Assembly: GCA_963707985.1 (NCBI GenBank)
Contig: CAVPRW010000041.1
Location: 48,657-112,656, forward strand
DNA from: an uncultured Nitrospinota bacterium
GTDB lineage: Bacteria; Tectomicrobia; Entotheonellia; J063; CAVPRW01
Length of the DNA stretch: 64,000 nt
Direction: 5' to 3'
A program made the translations under genes and the position numbers. Positions 51,621 to 60,967 of this stretch are shown here, one piece after another. The notes below the pieces were generated by a model. That model had not been told where the DNA came from, did no database searches, and was given only the letters and a program-made list of their open reading frames with translations. The stretch's first letter is position 1; each line of letters begins with the position of its first letter.

Positions 51621-51662
51621 AATGGTCAGCCAAAGGTAGTCCAAAGGTAAAATCACTGTCAA
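51621..51662 (-). promoter_or_regulatory. Putative promoter of FAH-ACS with tandem operator-like repeat
   Basis: Minus strand: TTGACA-18 nt-TACCTT; CCAAAGGTA direct repeat at 51630-51638 and 51641-51649. Confidence 0.5.
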
Positions 51663-52086
51663 GCTCATTTCTGTCCGTCAGCACCATGGGCAAGGCATGA
51701 GGTATTTCGAAAGTCTGCTGTTCTAGTGTGTCTCCTGTTCTACAGCCCGAGCGAGCGACATGAGGAGAACGGTGGCACGCGACACGATTGTCAGCCTGTC
51801 TGGTCAGTGCCACCATAGCTGGGCTGACCTAAGCGCACAGGTTGGGGGGATATTTCCTCGGCTGCGGCTGTTTGATGAGCTGACGAACGGTACTGATCAA
51901 CGCTTCCCATCTGTTCAATGGCTGCACCATCGAGAAACACTTCGGTTACCGGAGAGGGGACAGCAAAATATCATATCAAATATTATCAAAAAAAATTAAT
52001 TATGGTATATAATGATCCAATCGTCTCAGGCGTAAGACACAGATCTCAGGAAGCAACCGGCTTAGTTTGCAGAGGAGGGCTGTGCC

Positions 52087-53346
52087 GTGGCACAGATACC
52101 GCGCGTGGTGATTACCGGCCTTGGAGTCGTTGCCCCCAATGGGACTGGCAAGGATGCCTTCTGGGATGGCCTACAGCAGGGCCGTTCAGGAATCCGGCAC
52201 ATCACGCTTTTCGATACCAGCAAGTTCCCATGCCATATTGGCGGAGAGATCGATAACTTTCAGCCGGCATCATACATCAAGAAGCAGGACGTAAAACGTC
52301 TTTCGCGAGTTTCCCAATACGCCGTCGCGGCTGCCCAAATGGCGCTGCACGATTCTGCCCTGCAGATGACCGCAGAAAATGCCCACCGCACCGGTGTGTG
52401 TTTCGGTACGTCAGCCGGCAAGGGGGAGATTTTTGAGACTGATCATCTCGCCTTCCTGGAGCGGGGCACTCGGGGAATCCATCCCTTGAGTTTCATCGAA
52501 TTTCTGCCCCACGGGGTCTCAAGCCATGTGGCTATCGAGTTGGGCACCAGCGGCATCAGCGGATCGGTTGCGACCGGCTGCACATCGGGCCTGGATGCTG
52601 TTTACTGGGGTTATATGCAAATTTGTCTCAGGCGAGCAACCGTCATGGTGGTTGGCAGTGCCGAAGCTTTGCTAAACCCATTCGCGTTTGGCGCTGTTTG
52701 CGCATCGGGCGTTCTTTCAAAGCGAGATGACCCACCCCAGACCGTCTCACGTCCCTTCGATTTACACCGTGATGGGATAGTCCTCAGTGAAGGGGCAGGT
52801 GCCATCATTTTAGAAACGCTAGAGCAGGCCCAGGAACGGAACGCCCTCATCTATGCCGAAGTCCTCGGATTCGCGACCGGACGTGAAGGGGAGAACCTCG
52901 TCAGATGTGATCTCAGCGGTTCCGACATGGCCCGAGTTTTGGAGGCGGCTCTGTACCATGCGAGAGTCCCGAAAGAGCTCATCGACTATATCAATGCACA
53001 CGGTGTGGGGCTCCCGGATTACGACACTGCTGAAACAAGCGCTATTAAGTCTGTTTTCGGGGACAAGGCCTACAACTTGGCCGTCAGTTCGATCAAATCG
53101 ATGGTCGGCCAGCCTTTTGCCGCGGGTGGCTCTCTGCAAATCGTCTCTTCGTGCTTGACCTTACAACATGGTGTTATTCCCCCAACGATCAACTACGACA
53201 CGCCAGACCCTGACTGCGATCTCGACTATGTGCCTAATCGAGCCCGCAAGGCCCGTGTGCGCACCCTTCTCGTCCACGCCCATGGGACAGGAGGGACCGA
53301 TTCAGCGCTGGTGTTAGGGACGTTGGATTGCATGCGAGAGTGGTGA
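52087..53346 (+). CDS. Stand-alone beta-ketoacyl-ACP synthase (FabF/KAS II fold) with atypical Cys-His-Gln active site
   Basis: RVVITGLGVV, TGCTSG (Cys165), SRPFD..RDG.VLSEGAG, INAHG (His305), SIKSMVGQP (Gln342 at the second-His position); GTG start after GGAGG. Confidence 0.9.
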   Translation: MAQIPRVVITGLGVVAPNGTGKDAFWDGLQQGRSGIRHITLFDTSKFPCHIGGEIDNFQPASYIKKQDVKRLSRVSQYAVAAAQMALHDSALQMTAENAHRTGVCFGTSAGKGEIFETDHLAFLERGTRGIHPLSFIEFLPHGVSSHVAIELGTSGISGSVATGCTSGLDAVYWGYMQICLRRATVMVVGSAEALLNPFAFGAVCASGVLSKRDDPPQTVSRPFDLHRDGIVLSEGAGAIILETLEQAQERNALIYAEVLGFATGREGENLVRCDLSGSDMARVLEAALYHARVPKELIDYINAHGVGLPDYDTAETSAIKSVFGDKAYNLAVSSIKSMVGQPFAAGGSLQIVSSCLTLQHGVIPPTINYDTPDPDCDLDYVPNRARKARVRTLLVHAHGTGGTDSALVLGTLDCMREW

Positions 53347-55892
53347 TGGATGCGACGCTGATTGCTGCCATCACCTTATGCGCTATCAACCTATTCCTGG
53401 CGGGAATGGTGTTATTTCAGAGCCCGCGCAATCCACCGAACCAGGCTTTTGTCTTCTTTGTCTTGACACTGGTCGGCTGGTCGTTGTGTGTGCAAAGGGT
53501 CTATGGGAGTGCAACGCCAGCTTCAGAAATCTTGTGGGGACGCCCAGCCTTTGCTTTCGCCAGCCTGATCGGTAGTAGTATCGTGGTGTTTTGTCAACTC
53601 TTTCCCGATTCCACAGGGCACAGTTTGAGCAAGACCAGCCGCCTGTTCATTCTTCTGGGGACACTCCTGGCTGGATTGAGCCTCACCCCACTCGTGCTAC
53701 ATGATATGGTCATCTCCGGCAACGGACAGATCCAACGTAACTATGGTCCTATATATCCGGTATTTGCCGCATTTTTTTTTACTGCTCTAGGCCATGGGAT
53801 ATGGACATTGACCAGGAAATGGTGGACAGCTCGTGGACGTAGTAGGCTGCAAATCCAATATCTTTGGCTAGGTTTGTGCCTGCTCATCGGTGGCGCAACT
53901 ACCACCAACCTTGTGATTCCCATGCTGATGCGGAGTTCGCACGCGAGTGTCTATGGGCCATACTTCAGTGTGTTCTTCGTCTGCTTGACGGCCCATGCCA
54001 TCATTCGCCATCGACTCATGGACATCCGCTTGATCATCCGCAAGAGCATGACATATGGCTTGTCGGCAGGAGCCGCGGTCGGCATCATCTGGGGCCTGTT
54101 AAGCGTCATGGACAAGGGGTTTGAGGTCCAACTCCGGACTGCATCTCCCTACCTTCCCTTGATGATTAGCGTTGCCGGCGCCATCGTGTTTCATCAGGTT
54201 CGGGTGGTCATCCAGCATGTGATTGACCGTTATTGTTACCGCCAGGAATACGATTATCGTCAGGCGATTCGGAGAATCAGCCAGGTATTGGCCAGTCTTC
54301 TTCGCATTGATCCTCTGTGCCAGCACCTGACCCAGTTTATTCTCGGCACTCTTAAAGTGGAAGAGGTGGCTGTCTATTTATGCCACGAGCACTCATTTAT
54401 CGAACAGCGCGCATTCCAACAGGTCAGTGACGGCGAGCCCGGTCAGAAAAACGCTCTTAGTATGGTATCACCACACCTTATGGCGCTGCTCAAGCGCGCC
54501 AGACAGCCCGTTCTCCAGGATGATCTGGCCCTCTGGGCAGACGCGAGCGCTCAGGTACATCTACATGAGGAGTTTCTGCTGCTGCGCAGCAAAATGCTTA
54601 TCCCCCTGTTCTTTGATCAGGAGGTTGGTGGCTTTATTGCTGTTGGTGAAAAGCGTTCGGGCGATCCGTTCTTCAACCAGGATATCGAATTTCTAGCCAC
54701 GATTGGCCATCAGGCAGGCGCAGCGTTGAAGCGGAGCCACCTCCACGAAGAAGTTAACTGGATGAAGGAATATAACGAAAGCATTCTGCGACATATGGAG
54801 AGTGGCTTGGTGGTAGTTAGCCACGACAACCTGATCACAGTGGTGAACGAGGCGGCGGCACGCCTGCTGGGGATACATGCCAGTGAGATTGTCGGTCGAC
54901 CTCTCGACCAGCTCACGACCTATGGACTGGGTCTGCCGCTCCTCAATACGCTCTTGGAGAAGACGGCCTATGCTAACCACGAAGCCGTCCTCACGACCGC
55001 TTCCGGGCAGACCCTGGCAGTCGTCTTTAGCACGTCGATGCTGCATGGCGAGGATGATCAGCCGAGTGGGGCAATCTTGGCGTTTAACGATCTGTCTCGG
55101 ATCAAAGCCCTTGAAGAGGAAAAGCGCCGCATCGAACGCCTGGCTTCCATTGGCGCTTTCATGTCCGGCATCGCCCACGAAATCAAAAACCCCTTAGTTG
55201 CCATCAAGACGCTGGGGGAACTTTTACCGGAGCAGTACGATGACGAGGAATTCCGAGAGACTTTTACGAAAGTGGTGCTCAATGAGGTCGAACGTATCGA
55301 TGCGTTAGTACGTCGGCTGCGGAGCTTGTCAAATGGTTCTGCCGTACCATTGCATCCCCTCAACATCCTCGACCCTCTTGAAGAGACGATCTCCCTCGTC
55401 TCTGGTGAGCTTACACGCCACTGCATCAAGGTCATACGTGACTATCAGTCACCAATATTACCGATCATGGGCGATCCCGATCAACTGAAGCAAGTGTTTG
55501 TGAATCTATGTTTGAACAGTGTTGAAGCGATGGGAGAGGGTGGGACGCTACGAGTGACCGTGGAGAGTCGAGGCAAACCTGTCGGTCAGCCATCTGAGTT
55601 GGTCATTCAGATCGCTGATACGGGTCCAGGCATTCCCGCCGAACACATCTCCACGATCTTTGATCCCTTCTTTACGTTGAAGGAGCAGGGGACCGGCTTG
55701 GGATTGGCGATTTGCCGAGGCATAATCGACTACCATCGCGGGTCTATTACCGCAGCGAACAGTTCCGAGGACTCTGGAGCGGTCTTCACGGTCAAACTTC
55801 CGGTGGTACAGGGAGTCGAGGGGTATGAGAGCACTGTTGCTGGTGGCCAACAAGCAAGAACGACTCACCCAGTTGCAGAAGTTGCTCGGTGA
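53346..55892 (+). CDS. Sensor histidine kinase: multi-TM (HisKA_7TM-like) N-terminus + GAF + PAS + HisKA + HATPase
   Basis: About 8 hydrophobic helices, GEKRSGDPF GAF motif, AHEIKNPL, NLCLNS, DTGPGIP, FDPFFT, GTGLGL; ATG overlaps the KS stop codon (TGATG). Confidence 0.92.
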   Translation: MDATLIAAITLCAINLFLAGMVLFQSPRNPPNQAFVFFVLTLVGWSLCVQRVYGSATPASEILWGRPAFAFASLIGSSIVVFCQLFPDSTGHSLSKTSRLFILLGTLLAGLSLTPLVLHDMVISGNGQIQRNYGPIYPVFAAFFFTALGHGIWTLTRKWWTARGRSRLQIQYLWLGLCLLIGGATTTNLVIPMLMRSSHASVYGPYFSVFFVCLTAHAIIRHRLMDIRLIIRKSMTYGLSAGAAVGIIWGLLSVMDKGFEVQLRTASPYLPLMISVAGAIVFHQVRVVIQHVIDRYCYRQEYDYRQAIRRISQVLASLLRIDPLCQHLTQFILGTLKVEEVAVYLCHEHSFIEQRAFQQVSDGEPGQKNALSMVSPHLMALLKRARQPVLQDDLALWADASAQVHLHEEFLLLRSKMLIPLFFDQEVGGFIAVGEKRSGDPFFNQDIEFLATIGHQAGAALKRSHLHEEVNWMKEYNESILRHMESGLVVVSHDNLITVVNEAAARLLGIHASEIVGRPLDQLTTYGLGLPLLNTLLEKTAYANHEAVLTTASGQTLAVVFSTSMLHGEDDQPSGAILAFNDLSRIKALEEEKRRIERLASIGAFMSGIAHEIKNPLVAIKTLGELLPEQYDDEEFRETFTKVVLNEVERIDALVRRLRSLSNGSAVPLHPLNILDPLEETISLVSGELTRHCIKVIRDYQSPILPIMGDPDQLKQVFVNLCLNSVEAMGEGGTLRVTVESRGKPVGQPSELVIQIADTGPGIPAEHISTIFDPFFTLKEQGTGLGLAICRGIIDYHRGSITAANSSEDSGAVFTVKLPVVQGVEGYESTVAGGQQARTTHPVAEVAR

Positions 55893-57921
55893 GACGCATA
55901 CGCTGTTCACAGCTGAATCTCCGGCAGACGCCGTGGAATTCCTACAGCTCACCAAGGTGGATGTGGTGATAGGGGCCTTTGACACGCGGTCTCCACAAAT
56001 CGTCCAGTTTTTTGAACAAATCAAAACGGCGCAACGCCACTGTGTCACTCTCTACTTGGCCCCCCCGCCGCCTCCTGACGGTGCGGGGGAGGAGACATTC
56101 AACCCCCGCGCTGACTTTGTCCTGCGCCGTCCATTTTCCCGTGAGGATCTCTGTCAGGTCATTGACCAAGCCTTGGAAAAACAGCACCTTCTTGAAGAAC
56201 TTGCCTCAGTGCGTGGTCAGGCGGGAGGCCAACCTACTCCAGTTGTGCCCAAACTTAACAATGAGCTATCGCTGTCAAGGATTGGGCAGATCCTACGGGA
56301 TTTCGCCAAGGCCTTTAGTGCGAAGTCCGATTTACACCGCGCCCTAAATCTATTCCTCGATGCCATCGGAGAATTCCTGCGCCCGAGTCGGATGTCGATT
56401 CTTGTCCGCAATACGACTACCCGCGAATTCGAAATACGAGCCCACCGTGGACTTCAGCCGCAGATCGCTGAAAGCCTACGCCTCCGTGGCAACGAGGGGC
56501 TACCGCTGTGGCTCATGACGGAGGCCAGGATCCTCCATCGGGCTGAGGTGGAGAACCATCGGCATCTACCAACTTCCCTGGATATCTATCGTGAGATGCA
56601 AGCCCTGCGCTCGGTGGCAAGCATCCCGTTGATTGCCTCCAGCAGCCTCGTGGGCATTCTCAACCTCGGTGAACGCGTCACCGGCCTGCCATACACCGAT
56701 GACGAGCTTGAGATCCTCTTCGGTTTAGCCTGCCAGGTGGCTATCAGCATCCAAGATATCAATCTGCATGAGGAGTTCCAGTCGCAGAAGACGTGCATCG
56801 AGAATATCCTCACCCATATGAGCAGTGGTGTGATCACGATTGGGACAGATGAAAAAATCCATATCTACAATCATCGAGCTTCGGAAATTCTTCGGAAGCC
56901 TGCAGCTGAAGTGATTGAGGAAGACCTCCGTCTCCTACCATCGCCGTTAGGTGACTTGTTATATGAAACGCTTACCCAGGGTATTGCGTATCAAAAACAC
57001 GAGGTCTCATTAGCCGCAGATAAACGTCTGCTGGAGGTGAACACATATCAAATCTTTGACGAACAGAGACGAATCGCTGGCAGTGCGTTAGTCTTTGATG
57101 ATTTCACTGCTCAAAAACATCTCTATGAGGAACAACGTCGGACAGATCAACTTGATTTCTTGCATAAATTCATTGGTCGTATGGCACATGAGATCAAGAA
57201 TCCATTAATTTCAATTAAAACATTTCTAGAACTCTTAGAATATCAATATGATGATCCTGATTTGAGAGATCAATTCTTTCATATTGTCAAATATGATGTC
57301 CAAAATCTTGATCGAATTACTGAGAAATTATTTAACTTTGCAAATAAAAGGTCGTACCGATTCGAATTTGGAGACATCAATTCAGCGATTTATCGGTCGA
57401 CATCTTCAATTATATCAAATAAAAAGTTTGTACAACGCTATCAGACAAATAATGAGGATAATACAGATGAATTCTGTCCAACGATACTGAATATTCAAAT
57501 TACAAACAATGAAAATTTGCCATTATTTCGTTTTGATCGAGAACAATTAGAAAATGCTATTACTTATATTTTAATGTATCTCATGCGTACTATGAAAATA
57601 CAGGATAAGATCATCATTGATTCAAAACTCGATCATAACCGCGATCATGAATCTATCTCTTTGAGCATTGCGGGGAACACACAGGCATTCACTACCGAGG
57701 AGCTCCGGCAAGTATTTGATCCCTTCAGCATTGAGCAAAGTACCTTGATCGATGTCGGTCCCTGTGTTGCCCAGAAAATCATCAACGAGCATGGTGGTCA
57801 CCTTGATGTCCGGCAGGATAAGAATGGTCATGTGACGTTTGTCATGACCTTGCCCGTGTCCCGTGAATCAGAGGAGGTGAATACACGATGGGGGATGCGC
57901 ACCGGATCTAGTCGTAGATGA
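55825..57921 (+). CDS. Histidine-kinase-like protein: pseudo-receiver + GAF + PAS + HisKA + degenerate HATPase
   Basis: Receiver-like N-terminus lacking the acidic pocket; AHEIKNPL H-box intact; N/G1/G2 boxes read ENAITYILMYL, IAGNTQA, LIDVGPC. Confidence 0.85.
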   Translation: MRALLLVANKQERLTQLQKLLGETHTLFTAESPADAVEFLQLTKVDVVIGAFDTRSPQIVQFFEQIKTAQRHCVTLYLAPPPPPDGAGEETFNPRADFVLRRPFSREDLCQVIDQALEKQHLLEELASVRGQAGGQPTPVVPKLNNELSLSRIGQILRDFAKAFSAKSDLHRALNLFLDAIGEFLRPSRMSILVRNTTTREFEIRAHRGLQPQIAESLRLRGNEGLPLWLMTEARILHRAEVENHRHLPTSLDIYREMQALRSVASIPLIASSSLVGILNLGERVTGLPYTDDELEILFGLACQVAISIQDINLHEEFQSQKTCIENILTHMSSGVITIGTDEKIHIYNHRASEILRKPAAEVIEEDLRLLPSPLGDLLYETLTQGIAYQKHEVSLAADKRLLEVNTYQIFDEQRRIAGSALVFDDFTAQKHLYEEQRRTDQLDFLHKFIGRMAHEIKNPLISIKTFLELLEYQYDDPDLRDQFFHIVKYDVQNLDRITEKLFNFANKRSYRFEFGDINSAIYRSTSSIISNKKFVQRYQTNNEDNTDEFCPTILNIQITNNENLPLFRFDREQLENAITYILMYLMRTMKIQDKIIIDSKLDHNRDHESISLSIAGNTQAFTTEELRQVFDPFSIEQSTLIDVGPCVAQKIINEHGGHLDVRQDKNGHVTFVMTLPVSRESEEVNTRWGMRTGSSRR

Positions 57922-60329
57922 TGAGCTCGGACCGCGCGAAGCCCTGCGCATGATTTTAAAATCCAAATATCAGGTGCTCACTGCTGTCAACGGCCCGGAT
58001 GCCCTTCAGGTGCTGAGCAAGACCCCGACGGACATCGTTCTCGCTCGACATCAAAATGCGTGAGATGAATGGCATTGAGGTCTTGAGAGCGATCAAGGAG
58101 ACGGATGCGAGTATCGAGGTCATTATGATGACTGCTTATGCCTCGCTACAAACCGCCCGAGATGCCATGACTCACGGCGCCTCAGAATATTTGCTGAAGC
58201 CTTTCAGCAAGAAGGAGGTGGAGGAGGCAATTGCGAAAGCTCTGAAGCGACGAGCGGAACGCACCGGGGCTCAGCAGGATGTTCGTGCGCTATTAGACCA
58301 ACTTCGCACCTTAGCGCACACGTCTACCACTGCCACTGTGGCATCTGACGTGCTTGCCCGGGTGGCTGTTGTCCTCGCCCAGGTCCAGGGGCTCATCGAC
58401 ACCTCAACAGCCCTCTTATACTTTCGATCCGGGCCTACTGCACCGCTCTGCTGTGCAGTGGCGGTAGACGTCCCATTACAGGCGCGTGAAGCCCTCGAAA
58501 GTCCAGAGTGGAAGACCCTGCTCGGACAACTGATGACCACCAAGGAATCAGGCCCTTGGCACCTCGCATTGCAGGGTACAGGAGCCCTTCTCCCATCGCC
58601 CTTATCCGAAGCAGGTTACACCGGTGCGCTGCTCTGTCACATCAGCATTAGCCAGGATGTCGCTGGTCTCCTGACGTTTCTCACCACGACTGCCCGCGTA
58701 CCGCATACCCATACATTGGAGTTCGCACAGACGGTCGCTGATCTTCTGGCGTTCGCGATCCACACTCAGCAGCGCTACCAAACATCCCAACAAGCGGCGG
58801 CGCAGCACGCTCAACGAGCTGCCCAACTCGGTATCTTGCGCACGATCTCACAGGTTATCCTAGGTCAACTAGAACTCCCAGTGACACTCCAGGCTATCGC
58901 CGAGCAATTGCAGACAGGACTTGGCTATGCCGGCTTCCACGTCTGGCTTTCCTCCCCTTCCGGCCATTTGCAGGAAGCCCACGGCGCTGGTCGTAACCTC
59001 GGCTGGAGGCCGCACGAGAGCACACCGCCGCCTACAGCCTTACAGGTCCTCGAAGTCCCCGAGGCTCAGGTAATCCTTGCCCCCATTCTATTGTCGGAAC
59101 ATCCTGTCGGCGTGCTCAAAGTCGTGCGCGATGCACAGCATGGTCCACTGACCCCAGTAGAACTCGATCTGTTACGTATGTTGGTGGACTCCATCGCCCT
59201 GGCGGTGCACAACTCACGCCTGTACGGTGAGATCGCCGCGACGAAAAGCTTTCTTGAGAATCTTATCCATGATGCTGGCGATGCTATTATCACCGTCGAT
59301 ACCGCCAACCGTATCACTTCATGGAATGCCAGTGCCGAGCGTATCTTTCATGCCTCCGCCGCATCCATGTTGCACCAGCCGATCGCGACGCTCCTTCCTG
59401 CCGAACATTATGCCCAGTGGTGCGAGGAGGTTGAACGGCAAGGCCAGAGTTTACTGATTGACACGGCTCTCACCCCGTGTCAAGGTTCACCTCGTGATGT
59501 GTTGCTCACGCTGTCCCGGCTGCGGGGTCCTCATGATACCCGTGCCGGCTTGTCGATCATTTTAAAAGATGTGACGGAGGAACGTCGCTTGCGGGAACAG
59601 GTCCTCCACGCCGAGAAGCTGCGCACTGTGGGAGAAATGGCGGCGGGCATCGCCCACAATTTTAACAACGTGTTGACAACAATCCTGACGCGGGCGCAAT
59701 TGCTAGCGCAGCAAGAATCTGACACGGTCACGTTGAAGCGTGGTTTATCTTTGATCGAACAGGCCGCCTCCGACGGTGCGGCGTTGGTCCGGCGTCTCCA
59801 AGGCCTGGCCCGGGGTAGCGCCGCCCCCGAGCGCAACTGGCTCGACCTAAATGTGCTTGTGCGGGAAGTTGTTGACACGACCCAGCCTCTCTGGCACGAC
59901 CATACGCGACGAGAAGGACGTCCGGTGGAGGTACACCTGGCGCTGGCTGCCCTCCCACTTTTGCTCGGACGGGCAGCTGAATTGCGTGAGGTCTTGACCA
60001 ACCTTCTCTTAAATGCCATTGAGGCAATGCCCAAGGGAGGAGGGATCACCATCCGAACCTGGGCGGAAGCGTCTGCCGTTGGCGTGAGAGTGAGCGATAC
60101 AGGGATCGGGATGACACCGGAGGTGCAACGCCGAGTGTTTGATCCCTTCTTTACGACCAAAGGGGCACGTGGAACAGGATTGGGCCTCAGTGTCTCGCAA
60201 GCGATCATCAAAGGACATGATGGGACTCTGACAGTGGATAGCGAGCCCGACCGTGGGACGACCTTCGTCATTACGCTCCCCTGTTCGTCAGAAACGGTTG
60301 GGACCCGGATCTCGCAGGTGGTAGCATAA
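57888..60329 (+). CDS. Hybrid kinase REC + GAF + GAF + PAS + HisKA + HATPase; two compensating frameshifts in REC
   Basis: GAGGAGG RBS, then MGDAHRI/LVVDDELGPREALRMIL...DIVL/LDIKMREMNG (base missing near 57908, extra G at 58043); AHNFNNVL, DTGIGM, GTGLGL. Confidence 0.88.
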
Positions 60330-60967
60330 GACGATAGTTCTGCTTGTCATCGCTGGCCTACTCTTTGCCAGATGCCTGTCGAGGGTTCTCGCCAGAGCAT
60401 CTTTCGCGCACACCGGTCCCAATAGCATAACGCAGGATTTCCCCGTCCATGCACAAGAGGCTTCCCCTCCATGGTCGCACGTTCCAGAACAGTTGCGTGG
60501 TTTCCGAAGGTGTGGTCAGGTCCTGCCTTGAGCGAGTATTGGTAGGCCTATGGCCTGCTCATGCTGAGAAATGTCTGGCTACAACCCCCGATTGATGAGC
60601 ACGTGGAAACTTAGGATGAGGGAAATCATCAGTAGACAGTTATACGATTCTATAAGTATAATATGATAACTCTTGATGATATTAGTCGAGACCATGTTAA
60701 GCCAGAATGCCAGCAGGCCAGCAGTACGGCTCACAAGCGGACTCAAGAATTCGGGGGATTGCCCCAAACAGGAGTGTGGCGCAAGAAATTGTCGTGGCTT
60801 CTGCGGCCTTAGTTAGAAAAACTCACGTATGCGATCGCGCCCCGACCTCGCTTCCAGGCGATCGAGGGTCTCGTCACAAAGACTTACAAAGCGATACCTT
60901 AGGGTAGAAATCCCTCAAAGGTGTACACTGCAACATGGATGTGTTAAAGCGGTGAAGGGAGGCAGGA

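Noticed and set aside
52087..53346. Calling the KS fabF or a type II PKS KSalpha/CLF
   Set aside because: The second His and the GFGG motif are altered, no acpP/fabG/CLF neighbours exist, and the active Cys is retained, so it is not a CLF.
60776..60793. TGGCGCAAGAAATTGT as a sigma54 -24/-12 promoter
   Set aside because: Spacing is off by one and the -12 GC is absent.
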